This document shows positions 63,029 to 64,000 of a stretch of DNA of 64,000 nt, piece after piece (position 1 is the first letter of the stretch; each line of letters begins with the position of its first letter). The notes under the pieces are model-generated. The model saw only the letters and a list, made by a program, of their open reading frames with translations. It made no database searches and was not told where the DNA came from. A program made the translations under genes and the position numbers. Where the stretch lies: the sequence record PP496444.1. One strand, given 5' to 3'.

Positions 63029-63622
63029 TTATATGGGAATGGTGTCTATGTCAGCGAATCGCTGCATGCACCACTTGACGTAGGGTTTAACCTGCTCTGG
63101 CCATCGCTTCGTATACCCACGGGCGTACAACTCTACCATGCCGGGCACAGCTTCATAGTAGTTGCCGAAGGGATAAACGTCGAAGTTCTTGAGTTTCAAG
63201 CCGAGCAGCTGCATCAGTAATTTACCGTTCTGGATAGTCGTGGCATACGCCGGATTATCGTAGGTAAACCCCTTACGCCATTCGTTGAACTTCGGGTCTT
63301 GCGGGTTCTGGCCGAGCAGGGATAGCAGCAGGTCACCACTACGCAGTTGTTGCAGTGTCGTTCCCTCTTTCTCCAGCAGCGCGTGCGTGCACTCATGCAG
63401 CAGAGTGGCCCATGCTTTCGGCTCGGTGAAGAAGGAGTCCCGGAGTAGGCAGGTGCCGCCGGTGAATGAAGCGGTAGGTTGGCCTTTGCCCGGAATCAAC
63501 GTGAAGGTGTGAGTCCGTGCATAGCCATAGACGGGCGCCCGCATGTTCTGCGGCATCTTGTCGATGATCTTCAGTAACGCCGAGTTGTCAACCTCATTCC
63601 CGCTTCGATCCACCGTCGTCAC
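63029..63622 (-). CDS. hypothetical protein with HExxH motif
   Basis: LLHECTHAL; GTG start overlaps the upstream stop. Confidence 0.65.
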   Translation of the reverse strand: MTTVDRSGNEVDNSALLKIIDKMPQNMRAPVYGYARTHTFTLIPGKGQPTASFTGGTCLLRDSFFTEPKAWATLLHECTHALLEKEGTTLQQLRSGDLLLSLLGQNPQDPKFNEWRKGFTYDNPAYATTIQNGKLLMQLLGLKLKNFDVYPFGNYYEAVPGMVELYARGYTKRWPEQVKPYVKWCMQRFADIDTIPI

Positions 63623-64000
63623 TTTGGGACTTCGGCAATCTCCATCAGGTGTGCCACTTCCGCGAACTTCTCCGCAGTAGCGAGAGCCGACATGCGTTCC
63701 CGGTACAGCTGAATCTCGATAGGTTCCTCCAGCTCTTTCAGGAACTTTTCCAGCTTGGTTTTGAACCGCTCGGTATACGGCTTCTGGATGGTGATGTGTG
63801 CCTTGTAGTCCGGGAACGTCGGCGCTGCACCAATGCCCAGCAGCTGGTTGTGCAGGTCAGTCAGTTCCTTGCAGTTGACCAGCAGCACCAGAGTGTCTTC
63901 TTTGGGACCGAACACATCGACGCCAGTAACCTCAGCGGTGTACTTGTGCGAAGGGTTGAGCACACCTCGTGCGGCCGCATCGTCAATGGTGGCCGAAGAG
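63619..64000 (-). CDS. 2H phosphoesterase, Acb1 (T4 gp57B)-like; 5' end lies beyond the window
   Basis: DTLVLLVNCKELTDLHNQLLGIGAAPTFPDYKAHITI; frame is open to the window edge (SSATIDDAAARG..). Confidence 0.7.
   Translation of the reverse strand, partial: SSATIDDAAARGVLNPSHKYTAEVTGVDVFGPKEDTLVLLVNCKELTDLHNQLLGIGAAPTFPDYKAHITIQKPYTERFKTKLEKFLKELEEPIEIQLYRERMSALATAEKFAEVAHLMEIAEVPK

Noticed and set aside
1-64000. tRNA, rRNA, integrase or IS elements
   Set aside because: No cloverleaf, rRNA-like or transposase/integrase signature recognised by eye; a tRNAscan-SE run would be needed to exclude tRNAs formally

Overview
This window is a gene-dense segment of a large (jumbo-type) tailed myophage genome; I see no host chromosomal genes. 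From memory, the gene set (RecA, TGT-like protein, acyl carrier protein, NAD+-dependent ligase, sigma factor, T4-like baseplate) resembles Lu11/PaBG/RSL1-type phages of Pseudomonas/Ralstonia. That assignment is unverified. Layout: (1) 21-5581, + strand, small hypothetical genes ending in a PL7-type polysaccharide lyase; (2) 5731-11208, - strand, two modular fibre proteins sharing an N-terminal domain, one carrying an SGNH hydrolase; (3) 11384-26250, - strand, replication/recombination/accessory block (RecA, hyper-acidic repeat protein, gp32-like SSB, sigma factor, SWIM protein, TGT/DpdA-like enzyme, Zn peptidase, ACP, SLOG, Cas4-like nuclease); (4) 26314-28367, + strand, primase plus one gene; (5) 28428-50395, - strand, lysis cassette, tail fibre, baseplate, spike, tape measure and chaperones; (6) 50525-64000, - strand, a ~1900-aa SNF2-type protein, HNH, Nudix, a basic protein, NAD+ ligase and a partial Acb1-like 2H phosphodiesterase. 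Most notable observations: a shared ~55-aa N-terminal module on the two fibres; a 58-codon in-frame basic extension after the UGA of the acidic protein; a possible +1 frameshift (CCC UUU CGU) in the tail chaperone; a lysis-cassette amidase lacking its catalytic residues; a PAAR-peptidase M15 fusion; an Acb1-like anti-CBASS candidate; and recurrent upstream motifs. All family calls come from motifs recognised by eye; no searches were run. Several starts were moved from the ORF track to downstream codons with a Shine-Dalgarno (SD) or translational coupling.
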